From a virus (Duplodnaviria > Caudoviricetes): a DNA stretch of 55,297 nucleotides. The position numbers and the translations under genes were made by a program. Positions 45,785 through 54,297 of this stretch are shown in pieces. The notes beneath the pieces were generated by a model. It was not told the origin of the DNA. It did not search any database and saw only the letters and a program-made list of their open reading frames with translations. The stretch is taken from positions 1 to 55,297 of IMG/VR virus record IMGVR_UViG_3300049458_000003; one strand, written 5' to 3'. The first letter of the stretch is position 1. Every line of letters begins with the position of its first letter.

Positions 45785-47653
45785 GTGACCGTGACGGACG
45801 TCTACCACATCCTGGAGGACGTCCGGGGTCGCCCGCTTCAGCGCCAGCGGGTCACGGTCACGTTGGTGGCTCCCGGCAATTCGTTCCTGACGACCGGCAA
45901 CAAGCCGAGCGTTCTCGGGGTGCTGGCCGTGGACTCGGATGGCGACGGCCGCGTCGACTTCCTCGGCTTGATCCCCAACGCGTCCTACGAACAGGTGGGA
46001 ACGTATTACGTTGCGGACTGCCGCGACAGCATCCGACGAACCGACGAATACGTCTACTACTTCACCGTCCCGGCCAGCGGCGGCCCTTACCGCCTGCGCG
46101 ACCTGCTGATCGCCCCACCCCCGGCGGGAACCCCTCTGCCGCCCGTCACCGCGCACCCGCTGTCCGCGCACACCGATGTGGACTTCACCGGCGAGCTGCC
46201 CGGTTACGCCGTCGTCCGGAACCCTGGCAACACCGGGTGGATCGCGGCCCCCGTCACCGCCGGACCGCACGCCCCGAATCACGCCGAGGGCGGCAGCGAC
46301 CCCGTCACCCTCACCCTGAACCAGGTCACCGGCCTGAACGCGGCCCTCGCCGCGCGGGTGCTGCTTACGCGGATGCTCACCGCTGGCGCCGGGCTGTCCG
46401 GCGGGGGGGACCTGACCGCTGACCGCACGTTCGCGGTCGTGTTCGGGTCCATCGCCGGAACCGTCGCCCAGGGCGACGACGCCCGTCTCGCCGACGCGCG
46501 CACGCCACTCGCCCACGCGGCCACGCATGGCGCGGCCGGAACCGACCCGGTCACCATCACCGAGGCGCAGGTGACCGGCCTCGGCGCGGACCTAGCCGCG
46601 CGGGCGCTCGCCATCCGCAGTCTCGCCGCCGGGACCGGCCTGTCCGGGGGCGGGGACCTCACAGCTGACCGCACGTTCGCCATCGTGTTCGGCACCACCG
46701 CCGGGACCGCGACCCAAGGCAACGACACCCGGCTCGCCGACGCCCGCACCCCCACCGCGCACGCCGCGACACACACCGCTGGCGGCAGCGACGAGATCAC
46801 CGTCGCCCAATCCCAGGTGACCGGGCTGGCCGCAGCCCTGGCCGCGCTGGCCACCGACTCCCTCGTCGTTCACCTCGCCGGTGCCGAGACCATCGCAGGC
46901 CAGAAGACGTTCACCGGCGGAATCAAGATTAACGGGGACGCCGTCCACGGACTCATCCCCGTGGCGGGCGGATACACCGACCTCGCCCCAGTCCAGAGCT
47001 TCAACAACGAACCCGGCTGGCAGGTCGACCTTCTCCGCCTCGCCCAGGGCCGATTCGACTTCTCCACCAACGGCAACAAAGCCGAGATCCGACTGGTCAA
47101 CTCGGACGCGGCAACCGAACTGAACGTGTACAACACGGCCACGTTCACCACCCAGATGAAACTGACCGACGCCCGCGCCCTGTTCCCCAAGGACGTGGAG
47201 GTCGGCGAGGACCTCCAGTGGGGCGGCGGCGACACCAAACTATTCCGCGCCTCAGCAGGCGAGATCCAAACCCCCGGCAGCTTCACCGCGTTCGGGAACG
47301 TCGGCGCCGGTGGCCTGCTGCTGATCGGCGGGAACGCCATCATCGGCGAAGCCGCACACATTCTCTCCCTGACGGGAGTGGACCTCGCCATCGCGGACGC
47401 GGGTCGCGGACTCCGCATCAAGGAAGGCAGCAACGCGCGGATGGGCCGCGCCACCCTCGTTGGTGGCGCGGCCACGATCAGCAACACGAGCATCACGGAC
47501 GACACCGAGGTATTCGCGTTCGCGCAATCCCCCGGCGGCGTGCCCGGCGCGCTCTACTGCTCCGCCCGCAACCCGGGCACCGATTTCACCATCACCTCGG
47601 TCAGCGCCACGGACACGAGCGTGGTCGCCTGGCTCCTGGTGGAACCCGCCTAG
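45785..47653 (+). CDS. Tail fibre-like structural protein
   Basis: Tandem ~82-aa repeats (GLSGGGDLTADRTF...HAATH); VVHLAGAETI.G.KTF; C-terminal IKEGSNARMG domain. Confidence 0.75.
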   Translation: MTVTDVYHILEDVRGRPLQRQRVTVTLVAPGNSFLTTGNKPSVLGVLAVDSDGDGRVDFLGLIPNASYEQVGTYYVADCRDSIRRTDEYVYYFTVPASGGPYRLRDLLIAPPPAGTPLPPVTAHPLSAHTDVDFTGELPGYAVVRNPGNTGWIAAPVTAGPHAPNHAEGGSDPVTLTLNQVTGLNAALAARVLLTRMLTAGAGLSGGGDLTADRTFAVVFGSIAGTVAQGDDARLADARTPLAHAATHGAAGTDPVTITEAQVTGLGADLAARALAIRSLAAGTGLSGGGDLTADRTFAIVFGTTAGTATQGNDTRLADARTPTAHAATHTAGGSDEITVAQSQVTGLAAALAALATDSLVVHLAGAETIAGQKTFTGGIKINGDAVHGLIPVAGGYTDLAPVQSFNNEPGWQVDLLRLAQGRFDFSTNGNKAEIRLVNSDAATELNVYNTATFTTQMKLTDARALFPKDVEVGEDLQWGGGDTKLFRASAGEIQTPGSFTAFGNVGAGGLLLIGGNAIIGEAAHILSLTGVDLAIADAGRGLRIKEGSNARMGRATLVGGAATISNTSITDDTEVFAFAQSPGGVPGALYCSARNPGTDFTITSVSATDTSVVAWLLVEPA

Positions 47654-47919
47654 TGCGGCGTGGTGAGCGGCGCCGTAACGGTGGTCGGCTGCGTGACGGT
47701 GGTCGGTGTGACCGACGCCGTGGTGGACGACACCGGCGGCGACGTGCTGACGCATACCGGGATCCCCAGGATCACCACGTACAACAGGCAGTTGGTGCCC
47801 GGCCCGCCCGCCTCGATGATGGGGTCGGCCTCGGCCGTGGGTGACAGGCCGACGCCAAGTGCGACCGTCGCGGCCAGAACAGCGGCGCCGAGCAGCGCCG
47901 GAATGCGGGGGTTCTTCAC
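47650..47919 (-). CDS. Small secreted protein (signal peptide, Cys pair, Thr/Pro tail)
   Basis: GGAGG + GTG; KNPR-hydrophobic-AEA|D. Confidence 0.65.
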   Translation of the reverse strand: MKNPRIPALLGAAVLAATVALGVGLSPTAEADPIIEAGGPGTNCLLYVVILGIPVCVSTSPPVSSTTASVTPTTVTQPTTVTAPLTTPH

Positions 47920-48025
47920 TGAGCCTCCAGGGTTCGCCGCAACACTCGCACCCCGACGTGGGTCGCGACAACGCCCCGGCAGGGGGAGGCGATCACCGCC
48001 CCCGTCCGGGGGTACTATGCGCGAC

Positions 48026-48697
48026 ATGGAACATGTCAACGTGGGGCGTAACGAAACTGTCCCCGTCGACTCCGTGCGACCCCATCCCCAGAACGCCCGA
48101 CGCGGCAATACCGAACGGATCGAGCGGTCCCTGCGCGCGCACGGCCAGTACAAACCCCTGGTGGTTCAAGAATCCACGGGCCTCATCCTGGCCGGGAATC
48201 ACACCTGGCACGTCATGCGTGACCGCCTCGGCGCGACGCATGTCCTGGCCCAGTTCGTCGCGTGCTCCGACGAGAAAGCCCTAGCCATCCTCGCGGTCGA
48301 CAACCGGGCCAGCGACGGCACCGGTTACGACGACTCAGCCCTGCTGGCCCTGCTGCAAGAGCTGGACGAGACGGGCGGCCTCATCGACGGTGGTTACGCG
48401 GAATCCGATCTGGATGACCTGGTCGCCGCACTGGAGGAAGCCCTGCCGTTGAGCGCAGATCCCGCGCCGAACGCGCTGTACGACGTTGCGCCCGCCGTGG
48501 GTATCGACGCCCGAAAGCAGATGTGGGCCGAGGGCGACGGCGGGTCAACCCGGATGATGTTGCTTCAGTTCCCGCTCGACACGTTCGCGTGGGTGCAGCG
48601 CCAGATGGCAGCCCTGGCCGAGAAGTACGGGATGGACTCCAACCCCGACACCCTGGTTGCGGTCCTGGCGGATGTCACCGGCGAACCGGCCCCATGA
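48026..48697 (+). CDS. ParB N-terminal (ParB/Srx) domain protein
   Basis: VRPHPQNARRG...SLRAHGQYKPLVV...ILAGNHTW...AVDNR; leaderless start after TACTAT. Confidence 0.88.
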   Translation: MEHVNVGRNETVPVDSVRPHPQNARRGNTERIERSLRAHGQYKPLVVQESTGLILAGNHTWHVMRDRLGATHVLAQFVACSDEKALAILAVDNRASDGTGYDDSALLALLQELDETGGLIDGGYAESDLDDLVAALEEALPLSADPAPNALYDVAPAVGIDARKQMWAEGDGGSTRMMLLQFPLDTFAWVQRQMAALAEKYGMDSNPDTLVAVLADVTGEPAP

Positions 48698-49521
48698 CCG
48701 CCACCGTCCGCGTTCCGCGCCTCATGACCGCCGACGAGGCCACCGCGCGCGTCGGGGACCCCGTGCCCGTGATGGAACCGAACGTCACCAGCGCGACCAT
48801 CTACCGGGACCTGGGCACGGGCGAGGTGATCCTTGGGTACCTGCCGCTGGGCGATGCGGCGGACCTGCGTCGCGCCGTGCTGGGAATCAAGTACGGCACG
48901 ACCGCGCGGAACGCGGGGTACACGAACGTGTCCCGCACGTTCGGTTACTCGCCCCGGAAGGCCATCTACGGGCAAGAGGGTTGCCGCCCGGCCGCGCTGG
49001 CGTCGGAATCCCCCGACGCGCACACGGTGCTGACGTTGTGGTCCACGAAGCTGGCAACCACATTCGCCGAATTCGCCCCGGAGGTGGCCGCACGCGACGA
49101 TGCCACCATCGCCGAGGTCGCCCCCGACTGGCGTCTTGCCGAATCCAGCTTGTGGACATCCGGGGTGATCAACCGGTCCAGTCGCCTTCCCTACCACCGG
49201 GACCGGTTCAACTTCCCCACGTGGTCCGCGATGCCGGTCCTCCGTCGCCACATGGACGGCGGCTACCTGGACATCCCCGAATACGGGCTCACCGTGGCGT
49301 GTCGTGACGGGTACGGCGTGTTCTTCGCAGGTCACGAACTGGTCCACGGGGTGACGCCGATGACCCCGACACGCGCCGACGGGTACCGATACTCCGTTGT
49401 TTACTACGCCCTCAAAGGCATGAGGGACTGCTACACGGCGGCAATCGAAACCGAATACGCCAAGCGCCGCCGCACGACACGCGAACGCGACATAGCGCAG
49501 AAGATAGAGAGCCGCAAATGA
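48694..49521 (+). CDS. TET/JBP-family 2OG-Fe(II) dioxygenase
   Basis: WTSGVIN..LPYHRDRFN (HxD), GGYLDIPEY, LVHGVTP (H), YRYSVVYY (R). Confidence 0.88.
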   Translation: MTATVRVPRLMTADEATARVGDPVPVMEPNVTSATIYRDLGTGEVILGYLPLGDAADLRRAVLGIKYGTTARNAGYTNVSRTFGYSPRKAIYGQEGCRPAALASESPDAHTVLTLWSTKLATTFAEFAPEVAARDDATIAEVAPDWRLAESSLWTSGVINRSSRLPYHRDRFNFPTWSAMPVLRRHMDGGYLDIPEYGLTVACRDGYGVFFAGHELVHGVTPMTPTRADGYRYSVVYYALKGMRDCYTAAIETEYAKRRRTTRERDIAQKIESRK

Positions 49522-50330
49522 GTTACCAGGTCGCCATTCCCAGTTACCAGCGCGCGGACCGGTTGGCAACATCAGCATTGTCGCTACTGTTAGGCCGGGG
49601 GGTGCCGCCGGAAAAAATCACGGTCTTCCTTCACGACAACGACCCGCAGATCGCCCAATACGAACGACTCGCCCGGGAGCGTGGGTTGGCGCGGCCAGTC
49701 GTCACGGCCGCGCGGGGGATCACCGCGCAGCGCACCGCCATCATGACCAGCTACCCCGAGGGAACACCGCTCCTGTCCGTAGACGATGACGTCACCGACA
49801 TTCGCCAGGCCCTAGACGCCAAGACGCTGGCCCCGGTGCGCGACCTGGATGCTCTGATCACGCAGATGTTCGACGAGACGGCCCAGCGTGGGCTGAATGT
49901 TTGGGGGCTGGCCCCGGTCCCGAATGCGTACTTCATGAAACCGGCGGTGATCTCCGAGGGCCTCAAGTTCCTGATCTTCACCGTCTGGGGGTGCTTCGTC
50001 CGCCACGACCACCCCGTGCACCAATTCACCGTGCCATACAAGGACGAACACGAACTGAGCCTTCGCGCATGGTGGTACGACGGCGCGACCGTCCGGCATG
50101 ACGGGGTGGCTGCCACCGCCAATTACTACACGGCCCCCGGCGGATGCCAGGCCGCCGGACGGGACCACGCCCAGGTCGAAGCCAGCGTCCAGTCCCTGCT
50201 CGCTCAGTGGCCCGGCCTGGTCCGTCGGAACCTGCGCCGCAAATCCGACTGGCCGGAGATCGTCCTGGCGTCGCGGAAACGGCACGCGGGGAACCCCGCA
50301 AACACCCCGCCGCCCGGACTGACGGGATGA
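49518..50330 (+). CDS. TET-associated GT-A glycosyltransferase (JGT/GREB1-like)
   Basis: VAIPSYQRA, RTAI, SVDDDV (DxD), KDEHELSLR, YYTAPGGCQ. Confidence 0.85.
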   Translation: MSYQVAIPSYQRADRLATSALSLLLGRGVPPEKITVFLHDNDPQIAQYERLARERGLARPVVTAARGITAQRTAIMTSYPEGTPLLSVDDDVTDIRQALDAKTLAPVRDLDALITQMFDETAQRGLNVWGLAPVPNAYFMKPAVISEGLKFLIFTVWGCFVRHDHPVHQFTVPYKDEHELSLRAWWYDGATVRHDGVAATANYYTAPGGCQAAGRDHAQVEASVQSLLAQWPGLVRRNLRRKSDWPEIVLASRKRHAGNPANTPPPGLTG

Positions 50331-50352
50331 TCAGTCCGGGCGGCGGGGTGTT
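50301..50352. terminator. 22-bp perfect inverted repeat between convergent genes
   Basis: AACACCCCGCCGCCCGGACTGA / TCAGTCCGGGCGGCGGGGTGTT. Confidence 0.75.
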
Positions 50353-50355
50353 CGG

Positions 50356-51369
50356 TCACGCGGCGAAGGCCGCGAACGCGCGCGCCTTCAGGTTGAAGAC
50401 CGCCGGGTCCTCGATGGCCCGCAACGCGCGGGCGTCCTGGTCGTTCATCTTGGTGGACTTCCCGGCGTAGTGGTCCGCGTACGCCGTGACAGCGTTGTAC
50501 GCACCCCACCGGGTGAACCGCAGGCTTCCCTCGTTCTCGTCCGCAGCCTGGAAGATGTAATCCAGGGTGCGGATCTTGACGCCCCGGTTCTGGTCCGCCT
50601 TCGAGTTCGGCTTCTCGTCGGGGATCAGCCGGGCCACGATAGACCGGAACTCCGACAGTTCCAGGTGGGCGGCGGCCATCTTCTGCGCCTCTTCCTCGAA
50701 GGCGGCGACGTACTTGAACGTCAGGCCCAGGGCAGCGCGGGCCTGTTCGATGTGACCTGCCGCGTTCTTGGTGTGGCGGATCTTGAAGACGGACTGGTGG
50801 TCACCCAAGGCCGCCGCCAGGGTGTTCGCGCACACAACCCGAACCGGGGTGACCATCAACTTGAACGATGCGCCGCCGTCGTGCGCGTTGATGGCCGCGA
50901 TGTAGACGTCCACCGCGTCCGATCCGCCAATGACCATCGTGTCCGGGAGCTTCATGGTGAGGAACACCTGCTTGCCGCCGTGCAGGGACCCGGCCGTTTC
51001 GAAGCTGGCGCCCGTGGTATCCGTGAGCAGGTTCAGGACGTCGGCGTGGTCCTCGTTCTGGATCGGCTCGTACACGCGTCCCACCGAGGTGCCGCCCAGG
51101 ACCTCCGGCTGTCCGGTGATGGGGTGGTCCCGGATGATGGCGTACATGTCGGGGCACTCAAGCCCCGCGTTCACGCCCGACGCGGTGATCGTGGGGATCG
51201 TCTGGAGCGGCTCCTTGCGCACGTTCCACTTCCCCAGCTTGGCGTAGGTCATGGCGTCCTCGGCGGAGAACGCCCCGGGGAGCGTCACCCCGAGCCGGTG
51301 CCAGGCGTCCTGGCGTGCGGTCAGGAATGCGGCGGTTCCATCTTCGAACTCTTCGATTTCGTGTGACAT
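50356..51369 (-). CDS. DUF932 (TIGR03299-like phage/plasmid) protein
   Basis: AWHRLG...YEPIQN...ETAGSLHGGKQVF...NAHDG...TPVRVVCANTL...IRHT...WGAYNAVT.Y.DH. Confidence 0.92.
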   Translation of the reverse strand: MSHEIEEFEDGTAAFLTARQDAWHRLGVTLPGAFSAEDAMTYAKLGKWNVRKEPLQTIPTITASGVNAGLECPDMYAIIRDHPITGQPEVLGGTSVGRVYEPIQNEDHADVLNLLTDTTGASFETAGSLHGGKQVFLTMKLPDTMVIGGSDAVDVYIAAINAHDGGASFKLMVTPVRVVCANTLAAALGDHQSVFKIRHTKNAAGHIEQARAALGLTFKYVAAFEEEAQKMAAAHLELSEFRSIVARLIPDEKPNSKADQNRGVKIRTLDYIFQAADENEGSLRFTRWGAYNAVTAYADHYAGKSTKMNDQDARALRAIEDPAVFNLKARAFAAFAA

Positions 51370-51437
51370 CAGGTCTCCCTTGATCGGTCGTTCTACCGTG
51401 CAACTAGAAAGTACCCCCCTGATGGTGGGGGTGTCAA
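51370..51437 (-). promoter_or_regulatory. Promoter cassette copy (minus): TTGACA-18-TACTTT + GAACGACCGATCAAGGGAGACCTG
   Basis: Repeated motif. Confidence 0.85.
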
Positions 51438-51503
51438 CCCAGGGTGGTCAGCCACAGGTCAGGCGAACCACGGTCACCCGGCCAGGGGGGTAGTATCCGG
51501 AAC

Positions 51504-51956
51504 ATGGGTGCCCCCCGATCCCAGTCCTCGGCCGCCAGGCTGCGTGAGGCTGACAAGCGCGACGACCTGGTGCGCCGCGTACTTGCCGGGATGACCGTCC
51601 GTGCCGCCGCCGCCAGCCTTGAAATCAACGAGAAGACGGCGCAGAGCTGGTACGTGGACGCCCTGCGCCAGGCGTACGACGACGGCAAAGGCAACCGGGA
51701 AGAGGCCCTCGGGCGGGAGCTGGCCACACTGGACCTGCTCCAGCGAGCCCTCATGCCACAGGCCCTGCGTGGCCACGTCCGCTCAGCCGAGGTAGTCCTC
51801 AGCGTCATGGACCGCCGTTCCAAGTACCTCGGCCTGGACGAGGCGACCCGTGTGCGCGTCGAGTACGACGCCGTAGAGAACGCGCTCGCCGAGGTGGTCC
51901 AGGTACTTGAGGGCGAGATCGTCGCCCAGGTCGAACCCTTGCGCATGATCGGCTGA
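51504..51956 (+). CDS. Putative terminase small subunit (HTH)
   Basis: GMTVRAAAASLEI HTH; DRRSKYLGLD; TGATG-coupled to terL; leaderless start after TAGTAT. Confidence 0.75.
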   Translation: MGAPRSQSSAARLREADKRDDLVRRVLAGMTVRAAAASLEINEKTAQSWYVDALRQAYDDGKGNREEALGRELATLDLLQRALMPQALRGHVRSAEVVLSVMDRRSKYLGLDEATRVRVEYDAVENALAEVVQVLEGEIVAQVEPLRMIG

Positions 51957-53764
51957 TGGTGGGTCGCATCCAGGACGAGATCGACCGGGTTGTCGCGGGC
52001 CTGACGCAGCGCGAACGGGACCACTTCGACCGCAAGTTCGCCCGCGTCATCATCAACCGCCGCGCCGTACAACGGTTCCCCACCCCCGGCCACCTGCGCC
52101 AGCTCTGGTGGCCGGAATACCTGCATACCCCGATGCTCGACCGGCTCGACCGGGCACTCATGCTCGCCGAGTCCGGCGAGGCCCGCCGGTGGGTCATCAA
52201 CTGCCCGCCCCAGGAGGGGAAGACCTCGGAGGTCATGGCGGGCATCGGCTGGATGTTGCTCCGCAACCCGCGCCTGCGCGTGGCCATCGCCAGTTATGAG
52301 CAGGGCGTGGCCGCCCGCTCCGGGCTGGAGATCCGGCAGATGATCGAGACTCACGGCTCCGGGTACCGGGGCCAGGCGCCGAACCCGGAGCGGGTCGACA
52401 GTCTGGGCCTGATGCTGGACCCGGACCGGTCGCAGCGCGCGGACTGGCGATTTGCGGACGTGCCCGGCCAGAAGTCCGCCCGCCCGGGCGGCGTGATCTC
52501 GGTGGGCGTGGGGTCGGCGCTCACCGGCACCCCGGTCGACGTCATGATCATTGACGACCCGATCAAGGACGCCAAGCAGGCGGACTCGCCCGTGATTCGT
52601 GACGCCGCCGTCAACTGGCTTCAGTCGGTCGCGTTCACCCGACTCACCCAGAACGCCATCGTGATCATCGTCCAGACCCGTTGGCACGAGCTGGACCCGT
52701 CCGGTTGGGTCCTGGCTGAGGACAAGTACCGCGCCCAGCCCGCCTGGAACCACCTGAACATTCCAGCCCAGGCCGTCGGCGACGACGACCCGCTCGGGCG
52801 CCGCCCCGGGGAGTACCTCGCCAGCGCGCGCGGGCGCACGGCCGCCGACTGGGAAGCCAAGAAAACCGACGTCGGCACCCGATGGTGGCACGCCATGTAC
52901 CAGGGGGCCCCCACCGCGCCCGAGGGCGGAATCTTCCAACGCTCGTGGTTCGACCGCCACCGTGTGCATGCGACCGAGGTGCCCGAGCTGGTGCAGGTCA
53001 TCACAATGGTTGACCCGGCCGACAATGACGGCAAGGGCAAGGACGGCAAGGGCAAGGGCAACGCCGGTGACGAGTCCGGCATCATCACCGCTGGCCTAGG
53101 CCGGGACGGGGACGTGTACATCCTGGCCGATGACTCCGCCCACTACACGGTGGCCGGATGGGTGCGCCGGGCGTTGTACTCGATGCTGGAGCACGACGCG
53201 GGCCGCCTTTGTTACGAGTCGTCCCTGTCGGGCCTCAGGCGCAGCATCCGCACGGAGTGGAAGGCCATACTCCGTCAGGCCAAGGTCCTCAAATCCGAGC
53301 GTGACCTGTGGATGCGCGACAGGGAATGGCCGACCGCGCCCACCGATGTGGTGCTTGATGCGGCCGTCGATGCGATCTCCGTGCCCGAGGACTCGCCCGA
53401 TGAGGTGATGGCCATCCGCGCCGAGCTGCTCAAACTGTGGCCGTTCGTACCTCGGGTGCTGTCGCTGCCCGTGACCGGGCCGCCGGTGCGCGCCATCCCT
53501 GCGCGCGGTTCCAAGTCGACCCGCGCGTCGCTCATATCCGCCGTGTACGAGGCGGGCCGGGTTCATCACGTCGGCGTCCTGGCCGCCGCCGAGCATCAGA
53601 TGGCCACCTGGATCGTCACCCAGGACAGCCCTGACCGCATGGACGCGGTGGTGCACGCGGTCAACGTGCTGTCGTCTTCGGCTACCCAGGGAAGCTCGGT
53701 TGGTTCGGCCACCCGGCGCACGGGTTCCGTGTCGCTTCCACGGGCCAGTGAGAATCGTCGCTGA
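51956..53764 (+). CDS. terL: Terminase large subunit
   Basis: INCPPQEGKT, IIDDPIK, QTRWHELD, MYQGAP, VDPA..DESGII, SPDRMDA. Confidence 0.95.
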   Translation: MVGRIQDEIDRVVAGLTQRERDHFDRKFARVIINRRAVQRFPTPGHLRQLWWPEYLHTPMLDRLDRALMLAESGEARRWVINCPPQEGKTSEVMAGIGWMLLRNPRLRVAIASYEQGVAARSGLEIRQMIETHGSGYRGQAPNPERVDSLGLMLDPDRSQRADWRFADVPGQKSARPGGVISVGVGSALTGTPVDVMIIDDPIKDAKQADSPVIRDAAVNWLQSVAFTRLTQNAIVIIVQTRWHELDPSGWVLAEDKYRAQPAWNHLNIPAQAVGDDDPLGRRPGEYLASARGRTAADWEAKKTDVGTRWWHAMYQGAPTAPEGGIFQRSWFDRHRVHATEVPELVQVITMVDPADNDGKGKDGKGKGNAGDESGIITAGLGRDGDVYILADDSAHYTVAGWVRRALYSMLEHDAGRLCYESSLSGLRRSIRTEWKAILRQAKVLKSERDLWMRDREWPTAPTDVVLDAAVDAISVPEDSPDEVMAIRAELLKLWPFVPRVLSLPVTGPPVRAIPARGSKSTRASLISAVYEAGRVHHVGVLAAAEHQMATWIVTQDSPDRMDAVVHAVNVLSSSATQGSSVGSATRRTGSVSLPRASENRR

Positions 53765-53771
53765 TCCGCCA

Positions 53772-53801
53772 TTGACCACACCCCCGGCGTGGGGGTAGTG
53801 T
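53772..53801 (+). promoter_or_regulatory. Promoter cassette copy: TTGACC-18-TAGTGT
   Basis: Repeated motif upstream of whiB. Confidence 0.75.
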
Positions 53802-53893
53802 CTGCGTTAGCCCCGCAATGGGCGCCAGCTACGGGATGCCGGTCGGCTACGAATGTCGGCTGGCATCCCGTGACCAATCAAGGGAGGCGCAAA

Positions 53894-54187
53894 TTGGCGG
53901 TTCGCATATTCGCGACCGAACCGACCGAAATCGAACGGAGGAACCCAAACTGGCGTGCCGACGCCGTATGCAGAATGCATGACCCGGAGATCTGGTTCCC
54001 CATCTCCGCCGCCGACACGCGCACGGTAACCCTGGCGAAAGACATCTGCTGGACCTGCCCGGTGGTGGCCGAATGCTCGGCGTGGTCCCTGCGGGACAGG
54101 GACCTCCACGGAGTGTTCGCGGGCAGGCTACTCCCGCAAGAACACCCCCGCAGGGACGACCCGCAGCGGCGACGGCGGGCCACGTGA
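53894..54187 (+). CDS. whiB: WhiB-family Fe-S transcription factor
   Basis: WRADAVC...DPEIWFP...AKDICWTCPVVAEC...GVFAG. Confidence 0.92.
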   Translation: MAVRIFATEPTEIERRNPNWRADAVCRMHDPEIWFPISAADTRTVTLAKDICWTCPVVAECSAWSLRDRDLHGVFAGRLLPQEHPRRDDPQRRRRAT

Positions 54188-54297
54188 ACTGGGAGATCGC
54201 CATCTGGCTGTATCTCATCGCGGCATTCGGGCTATTCGTATTCGTCCTGTGCGATATCGCCAGGGCAATCATAAAGAGGAAAGGCAAGAAACGTTGA
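54184..54297 (+). CDS. Small single-TM protein
   Basis: GTGA overlap; hydrophobic helix plus basic tail. Confidence 0.6.
   Translation: MNWEIAIWLYLIAAFGLFVFVLCDIARAIIKRKGKKR

Noticed and set aside
46370-46830. DGR template/variable repeat pair in the tail fibre
   Set aside because: The repeats are in-frame and tandem, differences are not adenine-specific, and no reverse transcriptase gene was found.
53250-53490. Intein in TerL
   Set aside because: No C/S N-terminal or HN-C/S/T C-terminal splice motifs.
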